Part shown: piece after piece, positions 10,670 through 20,370 of the stretch | Layout: every line of letters begins with the position of its first letter | Numbering within the stretch: the stretch's first letter is position 1 | Assembly (NCBI RefSeq): GCF_000143415.4 | Contig: NW_003314261.1 | Coordinates: 3,154,880 to 3,218,879 of the forward strand | Direction: 5' to 3' | Length of the DNA stretch: 64,000 nucleotides | DNA from: Selaginella moellendorffii | Taxonomy: Eukaryota; Plantae; Lycopodiophyta | Program-made: the position numbers and the translations under genes | The notes under the pieces: generated by a model | Database searches by the model: none | What the model was told of the DNA's origin: nothing | Seen by the model: only the letters and a program-made list of their open reading frames with translations

Positions 10670-13600
10670 ATGAGCACAAGGGTTTTGGTCGCTCAGCTCA
10701 AAGAGTGTGGCAAATCCAGGGACCTGCGCAAGGGGAGGATCCTCCACGCCCAGATCGCCCAATGCAGCGACGCCAGGGAGAGCATCCAAGTCTCGAACAC
10801 CCTGGTGAGCATGTATTCAAAGTGTGGATCCATGGCCGAGGCGCGCCAGGCCTTCGACGCAATGCCGCGGCGCGACGTCGTCTCCTGGAACGCCCTCATC
10901 CTCGGCTACGCGCAAAACTCCCCTGGAGGAGGCCAGGCAGCGCTCGACTACTTCTCTCGAATGGATTGCCAGCCAAACTCCCTCACCTTTCTTGCTGCTA
11001 TCAAGGCTTGCGTCTCCATGGCAGCGATCGAGCAAGGCGGGCGAGATGCTGGAGAGGCTTTGATCAAGATAACGTCGCTGGAGAGAGGATTGGCGCTCCA
11101 TTCTCGAGCTGCCATCGCTGGCTGTGACTTTGAGGTGATGGTAGCAAACTCTTTGGTTGATATGTATGCTAAGTGTGGGAGTTTGATGGATGCTCGCAGG
11201 GTTTTCGACACGATGCCGGAGCACACGGTGGTGTCCTGGACTGTTCTCGTTCTCGGCTACGTAGATAACGGGGAGGCCGAGATGGCGCTCGAGCTCTTCG
11301 CTTGCATACCCGATGCTTGTGGACCGATTGGAGCTCGAGCTCTGGTTGCCGGACTGAAAGCTTGTAGCAGCCTGGCCGCTCGAGAAGAAGGAAAGCTTCA
11401 AGAAGAACAAGGTGGTGGTGGTGGTGGGGGGAGAGTTTTAAAAGTGGAGGCTCTGAAGAAGGCCGTGGCTCTCCACTCCCAGGCTATGGAGTGTGGCTGC
11501 GAGATGGAAGGCTTTGTGGCAAGCTCGCTGGTGGATCTTTACTCGAGGTGTGGGGATCTGGAAGAAGCTCGCAAGATCCTGGACAGGATGAGTTACGACT
11601 GCGTGGTATCGGCGACGGCACTCATGCTGGGATATGCCGAGCACGGACAGGGCGAGAAGGCGCTAGAGCTCTTCGCGAGGATGGGATCGAGAGACTCAAG
11701 AGCTTTTCTAGCTGCGCTCAAGGCTTGCATTTGCCTTGCAACGAAAGAAGATGGCAAGCTCGTTGGCGGAAGGATTGTCAAGCTAAAGTCGCTGGAGACG
11801 GGGATGGATATACACTTGGAAGCTGTGAGGTCTGGTCACAACGCTGGTGATATCTTCGTGGCCAGCAGCTTGGTGGACATGTATGCGAAGTGTGGGAGTA
11901 TGATCGATGCCAGAGGAGTTTTCGACAGGATGGCGAGTCACAGTGTAGTTTCCTGGACGGCTTTGGTTCTCGGCTACGCAGAGAACGAAGAAGAAGCTCT
12001 GGCTTTGGAGCTTCTCCCACGCGTGGAGAGTCCTAATGCCTTGACGTTCGTCGCTGGATTGAAGGCCTGCGCTGGCCTGGGGGCGAAAGAAGATGGCGAT
12101 CTAATCGAAGGAAAACTTGTCAAGCTTCTGTCCCTGGAAAAAGTTATGGCTTTGGAGCTCGAGTGTGGAGGGCTTACCTCGGACATCTTCGTGGCAAACA
12201 CTCTACTCGACGTTTACGCCAAGTGTGGGAGCACGCTGGATGCTCGCAGAGTTTTCGACAGGATGGAGTTTCATACCACGGTTTCATGGACGGCCTTGGT
12301 GATGGGATACGCCGAGAATGGCGAACACGAGCTCGCTCTGGAACTCTTCTCGTGCATGCGCTCGTCCATCGCTCCAAGCGCTCTAAGCTTTGTCGCTGCG
12401 ATGAGTGCTTGCTCCGGCCTGGCAGCGAAGGAGGAGGCCACCAAAGATGACGAGCAGAGTTTCAAGCTCAAGTCACTGGAACGAGCGAGAAACATCTACT
12501 GCGAGGCTGTGGAAAGTGGTTTCCAGGAGGACATCTTCGTGGCAAACTCGGCAGTGGATTTGCTCGCGAAGTGTGGGAGCCTGGTGGAGGCTCGTAGGAC
12601 TTTCGAGAGGATTCGTCGCCGCAACACGGTCTCGTGGAACGCTTTGATGCTGGGATACTCCGAAAACGGAGAAGGCGAGAAGTGTTTGAATCTCTTCTCT
12701 CGGATGGAGAAGGAATGCCAAGCTCCGGATGCTCGGACTTTCTTCGCAGCGCTCAAGGGGTGTGTAGTTCTTGCATCCAAGGAAGACGAGAACCAGGCCG
12801 AAAAGAAGAAGCTCTCGCTGGAAACAGGCATGGCGATCCATCTCCAAGCCGAGAAGAGTGGCTGCTGCGACTCGGACGTTTTCGTGGCGAGCACTTTGGT
12901 GGAGATGTACGCGAAGTGTGGCAGCCTGGTTGACGCTCGGAAAGTTTTCGACAAGATCCCCGGCCTCAATCTTTCGGCATGGACCGCTCTCATCCAAGGC
13001 TATGCCGAGGGTGGCGAGGAGCTGGCGGCTCTGGAGATTTTCGCGAGCTTGCAGTCGAGGAAAGGCTACGTAGCAAGCGTCCCAGCCTTCGTCGCGGCCA
13101 TCAAAGCCTGCACTGGCCTGGCGGCCAAGGAGAAGGTGGGAGCAGCAAAGATCGATGGAAGAACCGTCAAGGTGGAGTCACTGCGATCCGGCATGGCGAT
13201 TCACTCCCAGGTGGAGAGAAGCGATCACAGCGCCAACACAATGGTGGCGAACACTCTGATCGACATGTACGCCAGGTGTGGAAGCCTGGTGGACGCGCGG
13301 AGAGTGTTTGACAGGGCGATGATCCACAGCGACTCGTCCTGGAACACACTGATCCTGGGCTATGCCGAGAACGCCGAGGCGGAGCTAGCTCTCGAGCTTT
13401 TCTCGTGCATGGGAAGTGGAAGCGGAGGATCTCCTCGTCCAAACTCCCGGACTTTGGTGGCGGCTCTCAAGGCTTGCAGCGCGGTGGCATCGCTGGGCAT
13501 CGCGAGATCTATCCACTCGGAGCTCCTGCGGCGGGGGATCGATCGAAACGTCGTGCTGGAGAGCTCGCTGGTGGACGTCTATGGCAAATGCGGTAGCATG

Positions 13601-14113
13601 GCGGCGGCTCAGCGAGAGTTTGACACCATCACTCGAGTGAAGCGCGACTTGGTCACCTGGAACGCAATTCTAGCCGGGTATGCTCGCCAGGGAGACGCCG
13701 CCAGCGTTCTTGGCTTGTTTCCGAGGTTCCGGGAAGAAGGCTTGCGTCCGGACGAGATCACGCTAGCGTCGGTTCTCACCGCGTGTAGCCGTGCGGGGCT
13801 CGTGGACAAAGGGAGGGAGATCTTCGAGAGTATGAGCTCCAGCTATGGCGTGGCTCCCTCGCTGGAGCACTACCACTGCATGGTTGATCTTCTTGGGCGA
13901 GCGAACCGGCTGGAGGAGGCGATGGCGGTGGTGAAATCCATGCCGTTTGAGGCGAATGGAGTAACTTGGATGACGGTTCTTGCGGCGTGTGGGAAGTGGA
14001 AGAACGCTGTGGTTGGAAAGGTGGCGTTTGATTCTTTGCTGGAGCTGGATCAAGGCGATGCTGCCACTTACGTTTCCATGGCAAACATCTATCACGACTT
14101 GATTGATCTTTAG
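10670..14113 (+). CDS. Intronless PLS-class pentatricopeptide repeat protein with E domain (no DYW); L motifs carry inserts
   Basis: Repeated ANSLVDMYAKCGS..DARRVFD.M....VVSWTAL..GYA units. C-terminal HYHCMVDLLGRA...MPFEAN..TWMTVLAAC E motif. First in-frame ATG at 10670. Confidence 0.93.
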   Translation: MSTRVLVAQLKECGKSRDLRKGRILHAQIAQCSDARESIQVSNTLVSMYSKCGSMAEARQAFDAMPRRDVVSWNALILGYAQNSPGGGQAALDYFSRMDCQPNSLTFLAAIKACVSMAAIEQGGRDAGEALIKITSLERGLALHSRAAIAGCDFEVMVANSLVDMYAKCGSLMDARRVFDTMPEHTVVSWTVLVLGYVDNGEAEMALELFACIPDACGPIGARALVAGLKACSSLAAREEGKLQEEQGGGGGGGRVLKVEALKKAVALHSQAMECGCEMEGFVASSLVDLYSRCGDLEEARKILDRMSYDCVVSATALMLGYAEHGQGEKALELFARMGSRDSRAFLAALKACICLATKEDGKLVGGRIVKLKSLETGMDIHLEAVRSGHNAGDIFVASSLVDMYAKCGSMIDARGVFDRMASHSVVSWTALVLGYAENEEEALALELLPRVESPNALTFVAGLKACAGLGAKEDGDLIEGKLVKLLSLEKVMALELECGGLTSDIFVANTLLDVYAKCGSTLDARRVFDRMEFHTTVSWTALVMGYAENGEHELALELFSCMRSSIAPSALSFVAAMSACSGLAAKEEATKDDEQSFKLKSLERARNIYCEAVESGFQEDIFVANSAVDLLAKCGSLVEARRTFERIRRRNTVSWNALMLGYSENGEGEKCLNLFSRMEKECQAPDARTFFAALKGCVVLASKEDENQAEKKKLSLETGMAIHLQAEKSGCCDSDVFVASTLVEMYAKCGSLVDARKVFDKIPGLNLSAWTALIQGYAEGGEELAALEIFASLQSRKGYVASVPAFVAAIKACTGLAAKEKVGAAKIDGRTVKVESLRSGMAIHSQVERSDHSANTMVANTLIDMYARCGSLVDARRVFDRAMIHSDSSWNTLILGYAENAEAELALELFSCMGSGSGGSPRPNSRTLVAALKACSAVASLGIARSIHSELLRRGIDRNVVLESSLVDVYGKCGSMAAAQREFDTITRVKRDLVTWNAILAGYARQGDAASVLGLFPRFREEGLRPDEITLASVLTACSRAGLVDKGREIFESMSSSYGVAPSLEHYHCMVDLLGRANRLEEAMAVVKSMPFEANGVTWMTVLAACGKWKNAVVGKVAFDSLLELDQGDAATYVSMANIYHDLIDL

Positions 14114-15881
14114 TGATCCCTCCTCGATTCGAGCAGTGCTAGAGAAAGCAAAGGTCTCTTCGTTTACCGATCTGGATTTGAGAGTCTCGTCTCTCAACGA
14201 GCAAATCAAAGTCCATGGAAGAAAGGGAAACGTGTATGGAGCGCGGAGGATCTTTGATGCCATTGGAGCGTCCCGAGATTCTTATTCCTGGAACTTTATG
14301 CTCATCGCATATACCCAGAATGGGCATCTGCGAGATGCTGAGCAGCTGTTTGAGAGAATGCCTTCCAGGAATCTTGTGGCGTGGACGGCCATGTTGGTGG
14401 CGTATGCCTCCTTTGGATATCTCGAAGAAGCGGAGCGCATGTTTCACCAGATGCCCAGCAAAGACACGCCTGCTTGGAATTCTATGCTTTCAGCATATGC
14501 CAAGAACGGGCATCTTGAAAATGCACGTCAGGTGTTTGATCTTATGCCCCACCGCAGTATATTGTCATGGAACTCGATTCTTTCAGCATATGCCCAAGGT
14601 GGGCATCTTGAATCAGCCAAAAGTGTTTTTGACAGGATCCCAGAACCCGACATGATATCCTACAATGCTATTCTCTCGGCATATGTGAATGGAGGAATCT
14701 TGCGGGATGCCAGGAAGATCTTTGAGGGCATGGCGCTGAGGGACATGGTCTCGTGGGCGACACTGCTCTGTGGTTATGCCCAAGCCGGGCATATCTCTCA
14801 AGCGCATGAAATCTTTTTTGAAAATATGCCAGAGTGGGATTTAATTTCTTGCAGCTCAGTTTTGGTGATGTATTCCGGAGCCGGAAACATCAACGATGCT
14901 AAAACATTGTTTGACAACCTCCCACAAACAGATCTAGTAGCCTGGAACTCTCTTCTTACGGCATATACCCAAACCGGGCATCTCGAAAAAGCTAGGCAAA
15001 TATATCTTAGAATGCCAGAGCACGACTTGGTATCCTGGACGCTTATGCTGACTGTCTATCTAGAAGCAGGAAAACTTATGGAAGCAGAAGATATACTCGT
15101 AAAGATGCCACACAGAGACCTCGTAAGCTGGAACGCAATGCTGACTGGATATGCCCAATCCGGGCACCTTGAGAAAGCAAAATGCCTGTTTGACAGCATG
15201 CCTCTCAGGGATGTCATGACATGGACGGGGATGATGTCAGCATACGCTCAACACGAGTGTTTGAGCGAAGCAAAGCACCTGTTTGATGACATGCCACAAC
15301 GAAACCAGGTGACGTGGACGGCGCTGCTCGTGGCATATGCCCAGAACGGGCACGTCAGCACTGCCAGCGAGCTGTTTCGGGCAATTCCGGAGCTGGATTT
15401 GGTGCTGTGGACTGCCATGCTGGCAGCACACGCCCACAACGGCCGCTACGCAGAGGCATTTGAAGTGTTTGAGAGAATGAAGCCCATCTTTCCTCCGGAG
15501 GAGCTGTGCTTCAACTCTATACTCGTTGCTTGCAGCCATGCCGGGAGAGTGTATGCTGGGAGGCAGTACTTCCGATCCATGGCTGTGGATTTTGGGCTGC
15601 GGCCGACAAGGCAGCATTACTGTTGCATGGTCGATCTGCTGGGACGAGCCGGGCATCTGGACGACACGGAGGACCTCATCAAGCATATGCCGTTCGAGCC
15701 GGATGTGTTCGACTGGACGTGCCTGCTCGCAGCTTGTTTGGGTCACAAGGAGAAGAAGACCATCGCAAACGCAGCGGCCAAAGAGGTGCTTCGTTCGAAT
15801 CCTCGCTGCCGAGCGGCCTACGTGTTGCTCAATAATGTGGGTGGCCACATGACAATGAAACATCAGAATACGCCATCTTGA
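14103..15881 (+). CDS. PPR protein rich in 31-aa SS-type repeats, with E domain; true start uncertain
   Basis: Tandem (S)WN.ML.AYAQ.GHL..A...F..MP.RD repeats and HYCCMVDLLGRAG...MPFEPDVFDWTCLLAAC. First in-frame ATG is only at 14298. Confidence 0.85.
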   Translation: MIFSDPSSIRAVLEKAKVSSFTDLDLRVSSLNEQIKVHGRKGNVYGARRIFDAIGASRDSYSWNFMLIAYTQNGHLRDAEQLFERMPSRNLVAWTAMLVAYASFGYLEEAERMFHQMPSKDTPAWNSMLSAYAKNGHLENARQVFDLMPHRSILSWNSILSAYAQGGHLESAKSVFDRIPEPDMISYNAILSAYVNGGILRDARKIFEGMALRDMVSWATLLCGYAQAGHISQAHEIFFENMPEWDLISCSSVLVMYSGAGNINDAKTLFDNLPQTDLVAWNSLLTAYTQTGHLEKARQIYLRMPEHDLVSWTLMLTVYLEAGKLMEAEDILVKMPHRDLVSWNAMLTGYAQSGHLEKAKCLFDSMPLRDVMTWTGMMSAYAQHECLSEAKHLFDDMPQRNQVTWTALLVAYAQNGHVSTASELFRAIPELDLVLWTAMLAAHAHNGRYAEAFEVFERMKPIFPPEELCFNSILVACSHAGRVYAGRQYFRSMAVDFGLRPTRQHYCCMVDLLGRAGHLDDTEDLIKHMPFEPDVFDWTCLLAACLGHKEKKTIANAAAKEVLRSNPRCRAAYVLLNNVGGHMTMKHQNTPS

Positions 15882-16203
15882 CTTTTGTGGTGTCCGCAGC
15901 TGCATTTGCGGATCGAACGATAGAGCACGCTATATACAGCAAAAGAGTGTGGGCAAAAGCTCCAGGGCAAAGCCGGCATTTGATAGGATCTCAGCGGGGA
16001 TCTCAGGTAATCGTACTTGGAAATGCAAATGTTGCAGTGATTCAAAGGTTTTTCCTCTCAACCTAGTGACTACTTGATCGAGAAGGTAGGCTCCATCTTG
16101 TCCAGTGATCCATCCGGTACTGCATATCAAAGTAGAGAGTGTTCGTCCACTAAATCTCTTCTTGATCTTGGAACCTTCTCAGATCATTAGATTCGATCAA
16201 GAG

Positions 16204-17037
16204 ATGAAGCTGCAAGACAAAGTGGCGATCGTGACGGGCGGAGCCAGCGGCATCGGCGAGGCCATCGCGATCAAATTCGCAGCACACGGCGCCTTCGTCA
16301 TCGTGGGCGATATCCAGGACGAGCTCGGCCAGAAGGTCTGCGCCGCGATCGGGCCGCGAGCCACATTCGTCCACTGCGACGTGGCCGACGAGGCCAGCGT
16401 GGAGGCCCTGGTCAACACGGCGGTTGCCCGACACGGCCGCCTTGACATCATGATGAACAATGCCGGCGTCGGGGAGCCCGGCGGCCGCGATGTCCGGGAT
16501 CTCGACATCCGCGCGTTTGACCGGGTCATGTCGGTCAACGTGGCCGGCGTGGCGCTGGGCATGAAGCACGCCGCGCGGCACATGGTACCGCGCGGCTCCG
16601 GCGTCATCATCAACACGGCCAGCAACGTCACGGGCGCCGCCGGCATCGCACCGCTGGCGTACACCGCCAGCAAGCACGCGGTGGTCGGGCTAACCCGGAC
16701 AGCCGCCGTCCAGCTCGGGCGGTATGGGATCCGGGCAAATGCCATCTCCCCGGGCGCCATTCCCACGCCCGCGTTTGTGCGCTACTTCCGCGAGGCTGTG
16801 CCCGGGATGGACGAGAATGGGGCCAGGGCTGTGGCATCTAAGGCGACGACGCTCAGGTATGGAGAGGATTTGGAAAGCGCGCTGAGCGTGGAGGATGTTG
16901 CCAATGCGGCCGTGTTCTTGGCTAGCGAGGACTCGCGGTTCGTGAGCGGGCATGAGCTGATGCTGGATGGAGCGAGCACCGTGACGGACAAGTCGTTTGA
17001 TGCGATCGGGATGATGCTTGCCACTGCTTCAAGCTAG
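16204..17037 (+). CDS. Short-chain dehydrogenase/reductase (ABA2/secoisolariciresinol-dehydrogenase-like family), intronless
   Basis: KLQDKVAIVTGGASGIG, DIMMNNAG, catalytic YTASK, GIRANAISPG, DVANAAVFLASEDSRFVSGHELMLDG. Confidence 0.95.
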   Translation: MKLQDKVAIVTGGASGIGEAIAIKFAAHGAFVIVGDIQDELGQKVCAAIGPRATFVHCDVADEASVEALVNTAVARHGRLDIMMNNAGVGEPGGRDVRDLDIRAFDRVMSVNVAGVALGMKHAARHMVPRGSGVIINTASNVTGAAGIAPLAYTASKHAVVGLTRTAAVQLGRYGIRANAISPGAIPTPAFVRYFREAVPGMDENGARAVASKATTLRYGEDLESALSVEDVANAAVFLASEDSRFVSGHELMLDGASTVTDKSFDAIGMMLATASS

Positions 17038-17406
17038 AACAAAGACGATTGATTTGGTACTAAACCATCTATCCCACGATTTGGATTTGGAGAGGTTGCA
17101 ATCAAACGCAGTCTCGTGATTTATGAGCGAAAGATACCAATCGCAGTGGACAATTCAAGAGAAAACCGCGACGCACAGACACAAAGGAGGAAAAAAAGAT
17201 TTGGCAGAGCACTTACAAGTCACGAGAGATATAAGGTGTGGAAGAAGCGCTGGGGCCGTTGGATTCGCTGGATCGACGGCTGCCCAGCGATCTTTCGCTG
17301 TCGTTTCCCTGCGACATCTTCTTTTTGCTGCTTAGAAATTCCTTTGGGGCCGCCACGTCCAAAAACAAAACAGAGAGGAAAGGAAGAATTTGGTATCGAT
17401 CGACTG

Positions 17407-19077
17407 ATGGAGCTTGAGATTCATGGGAGAGTGAATCCCGCAACGAGGATTCTCTTGTTGATCATCATCCTAGCATCGCCATCGCTGTTCCTGCTGGGTG
17501 ATTGCTCGCCGGCGATCCAGGGATGCAACAGCGTCGAGAGCAGGCTGGTCCCGGGGCTATCGAGGGCGCGGCCGCGCGTTTTCTCCATCGCCGATTTTGG
17601 GGGAGTGAGCGATGGGATCACGCTTAACACCAAGGCGTTCCAGAAGGCGATCGATCACATTGGTAGCTTTGGCAAGCTGGGAGGCGCGACCCTCTACATC
17701 CCGCGAGGCAAATGGCTCACTGGATGCTTCAATCTCACGAGCCACATGACTCTCTTCTTGGAACAGGACGCCACAATCCTCGCCTCCGAGGTAAGAGAAG
17801 AGTTCTAGCACGGAAAAAAAATCCGATTTTTTTCTGGATTTCTTCGCTAGGATCCTCAAGATTGGCCCGTGGTCGATCCCTTGCCATCGTATGGGCGAGG
17901 AAGAGAGCTTCCAGGGAAGAGATACACGAGCTTGCTTCATGGGCTGAGGATCACCGACGTCGCGATCACGGGTATTTATAAGCGCTTAGTGATCGATTGA
18001 AAAACACTTGATTTTTCCAGGAAACAATGGCACCATCGATGGCCAAGGCCTCATCTGGTGGAACCGATTCCGCTCCAAAACCCTCCAGCACACCCGGGGC
18101 TCCCTCGTCGAGTTTATGTTCTCCTCCAACATCCTCGTCCACAACGTTACCTTGATCAACTCGCCCTTTTGGACGCTCCATCCCGTTTACACGAGGTATT
18201 ATGAGCCATCCTTGGCATTAAAAGAAGAGCTTTTCTTCTCCTCTTTTTCTTCCCCAGTGACGTGATGATCAAAGGAGTCACCATTTTGGCACCTCACAAG
18301 GCGCCCAATACGGATGGAGTCGATCCAGGTTAGATCATTCTCCCCTCTATAAGATAAGACGGAATCTGGCTTTGCTTTGGCTGATAGCTAGAGCCACTTT
18401 GACTTCTAGTCAACTTTGCAGTCATTCCCGCGCTGACCATGGGTGTATATTCCCCCGCAGACTCCAGCTCCAACGTGTGCATCCGCGACACGTACATAAG
18501 CAACGGTGACGACGCAGTGGCCGTCAAGAGCGGCTGGGACGAGTACGGCCTGGCCTTCAACCGTCCCAGCCACGACGTCTTCCTCGTCAACCTGACCGTC
18601 AGCGGCTCCCACGGTATCTCCCTGGGCAGCGAGATGTCCGGGGGCATCTACAACGTCCACGCGTACGGCGTCTCCATCTCCGGGGCCGTACAGGGCATCC
18701 ACATCAAGACCTCCGCGGGCCGGGGGGCTTACATCAGAAACGCGAGCTTTGCGAGCTTTGAGATACTCGACACCGGGGTCGCGTTTTCTTTCACTGGGAT
18801 CTATGGTGACCACCCGGACGCCGGGTATAACGCCAGCGCGTTCGCTACCATCGAGAATATCTCGTTCCGGGACGTGGTTGGGATGAGGGTTAACCGCGCG
18901 GGTGACTTTCGCGGGGTGCCACAGTCGCCATTTCGCCACACTTGCTTCACCGATGTGGCCTTGGAGCTGAATGGGAAGAGCAACCATTGGAACTGTAGCT
19001 ACATAGAGGGATATTCGCGGCATGTGTCTCCTCCGCCATGTCCCGAGCTTCAGCTAGAATCAGAATGTTGGTCTTGA
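17407..19077 (+). CDS. Polygalacturonase / pectin-lyase-like GH28 glycoside hydrolase, ~5 exons, signal peptide
   Basis: FSIADFGGVSDG..LNTKAFQ, WLTGCFNLTSHMTLFL, PLPSYGRGRE, GTIDGQG, SPFWTLHPVY, APNTDGVDPDSS, GDDAVAVKSGWDEYG, GSEMSGG, HIKT. Confidence 0.93.
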
Positions 19078-19189
19078 TTTTCTTTTTCTAATCTAAATTA
19101 ATTAATTTAAATTATTACTATTATTATGTTAAGAAGAATTACAAGTATATGCCTTTTTTTTCGATTCCACTGGGATTTCCTACAAGGAA

Positions 19190-19790
19190 GCTCATGGTAG
19201 AGGAGCATCGCGTTACCATGGTGGAATCCAGGGACTAGCAACACGGCTTGCAGCCCTGCGAGCAGTGATCCAAGGGGAGGGCAATGATTTCGCGCTTTGG
19301 ATATCAAGGCGCTCCTTCTCCCGGCCAGCGGCGAGATCAAGTCACTCGTCGCCAAGCTCCACAAGGTCAGCGTCTACGGTCAGCACGACTCGATGGTGGC
19401 GAGACCCAAGTGCTGGCTTCGCTCGTTGTCTCGCTCCCCTTGTTCCTTGCTCGTGGTTCGCAAACGTTTGGGTCTGGAAGCGATCAAGCGATCGGCTGGG
19501 CTGCGAGCACGAAGTTGTAGAGGTGACGGCTGGCCACTGCTTGACACTAACATACAATCTCCATGGGAAAGACCACACTGCTCCCGCCCAAGACAACGAT
19601 TTCTCACGCTCCTCGTAGGTGGCGGCGGGGCAAAGCTTGACGCTGGGCTTCCCATGCAAGCATCTCTACGTGCAGGGGCCGCGGGGCTGGAGGTGGAAGT
19701 CCGCGCCGTGTGGAAAATGGAACGAAGGCGAAGAGGACGAAGAAAGAAGAAACAAAGGGAAAGGGTGGCTCGGAGTTTGTGTTGTCCGAT
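19190..19790 (+). pseudogene. Frameshifted relic of a 2OG-Fe(II) oxygenase-like gene resembling a fungal-type family
   Basis: Collinear fragments in shifting frames: AKLHKVSVYG, VLASLVVSLP, IGWAA, CEHEVVEVTAGHCLTLTYNL, LGFPCKHLY. Family match is from memory of motifs, not a search. Confidence 0.6.
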
Positions 19791-20370
19791 GCGTCAGATG
19801 GAGGGAATGTGTGGTGTCACAGAGATTTCGATTGGAAGATAACTGGTGCTTGCGCGAGCCTAGCACCGAAACTTGCAACCGGATCAAGAGCTCCAACTCG
19901 TCTTTGCTCGCAGCATCCGCCAGCTTTTGATCGACGCTGAACTTAGGATTCTACGCCGCTGCCGCCATCTTTGTGACGATTGGAGCGAGCAAAGCCAAGG
20001 GGAATAAAGGAAAAGCAAGGTCTTAAAGAACGAAGAGATCACTTTGCATTTAGTTCGTGGCTTATTTCTCTAGGCGTGTTCATGCTCTTCCTACAAACGC
20101 ATACTTTTAGAAAAAATAGAGAAAAAAAAAATGCCAGCTTCTTGAGAAGAAAGCTCTCTCGATGCCTCCTGTGCCTATTCACATCCCATGATCAAAAGGC
20201 TTCGTCGCGCCCTGCCTGTCGCTAAAGAATTATTCACAAGCCGCTGGAAGCTTTTCTCCCCCTCTGATCTTCCTTCTTGTTCCTCTTCTTCTTCTTCTTC
20301 TTCTAGCCGATCACTAGCTGGTCGTTCGATCGCTCCGTGGTCTCCCGTCGCATGAATCAGCTCCCAGATC

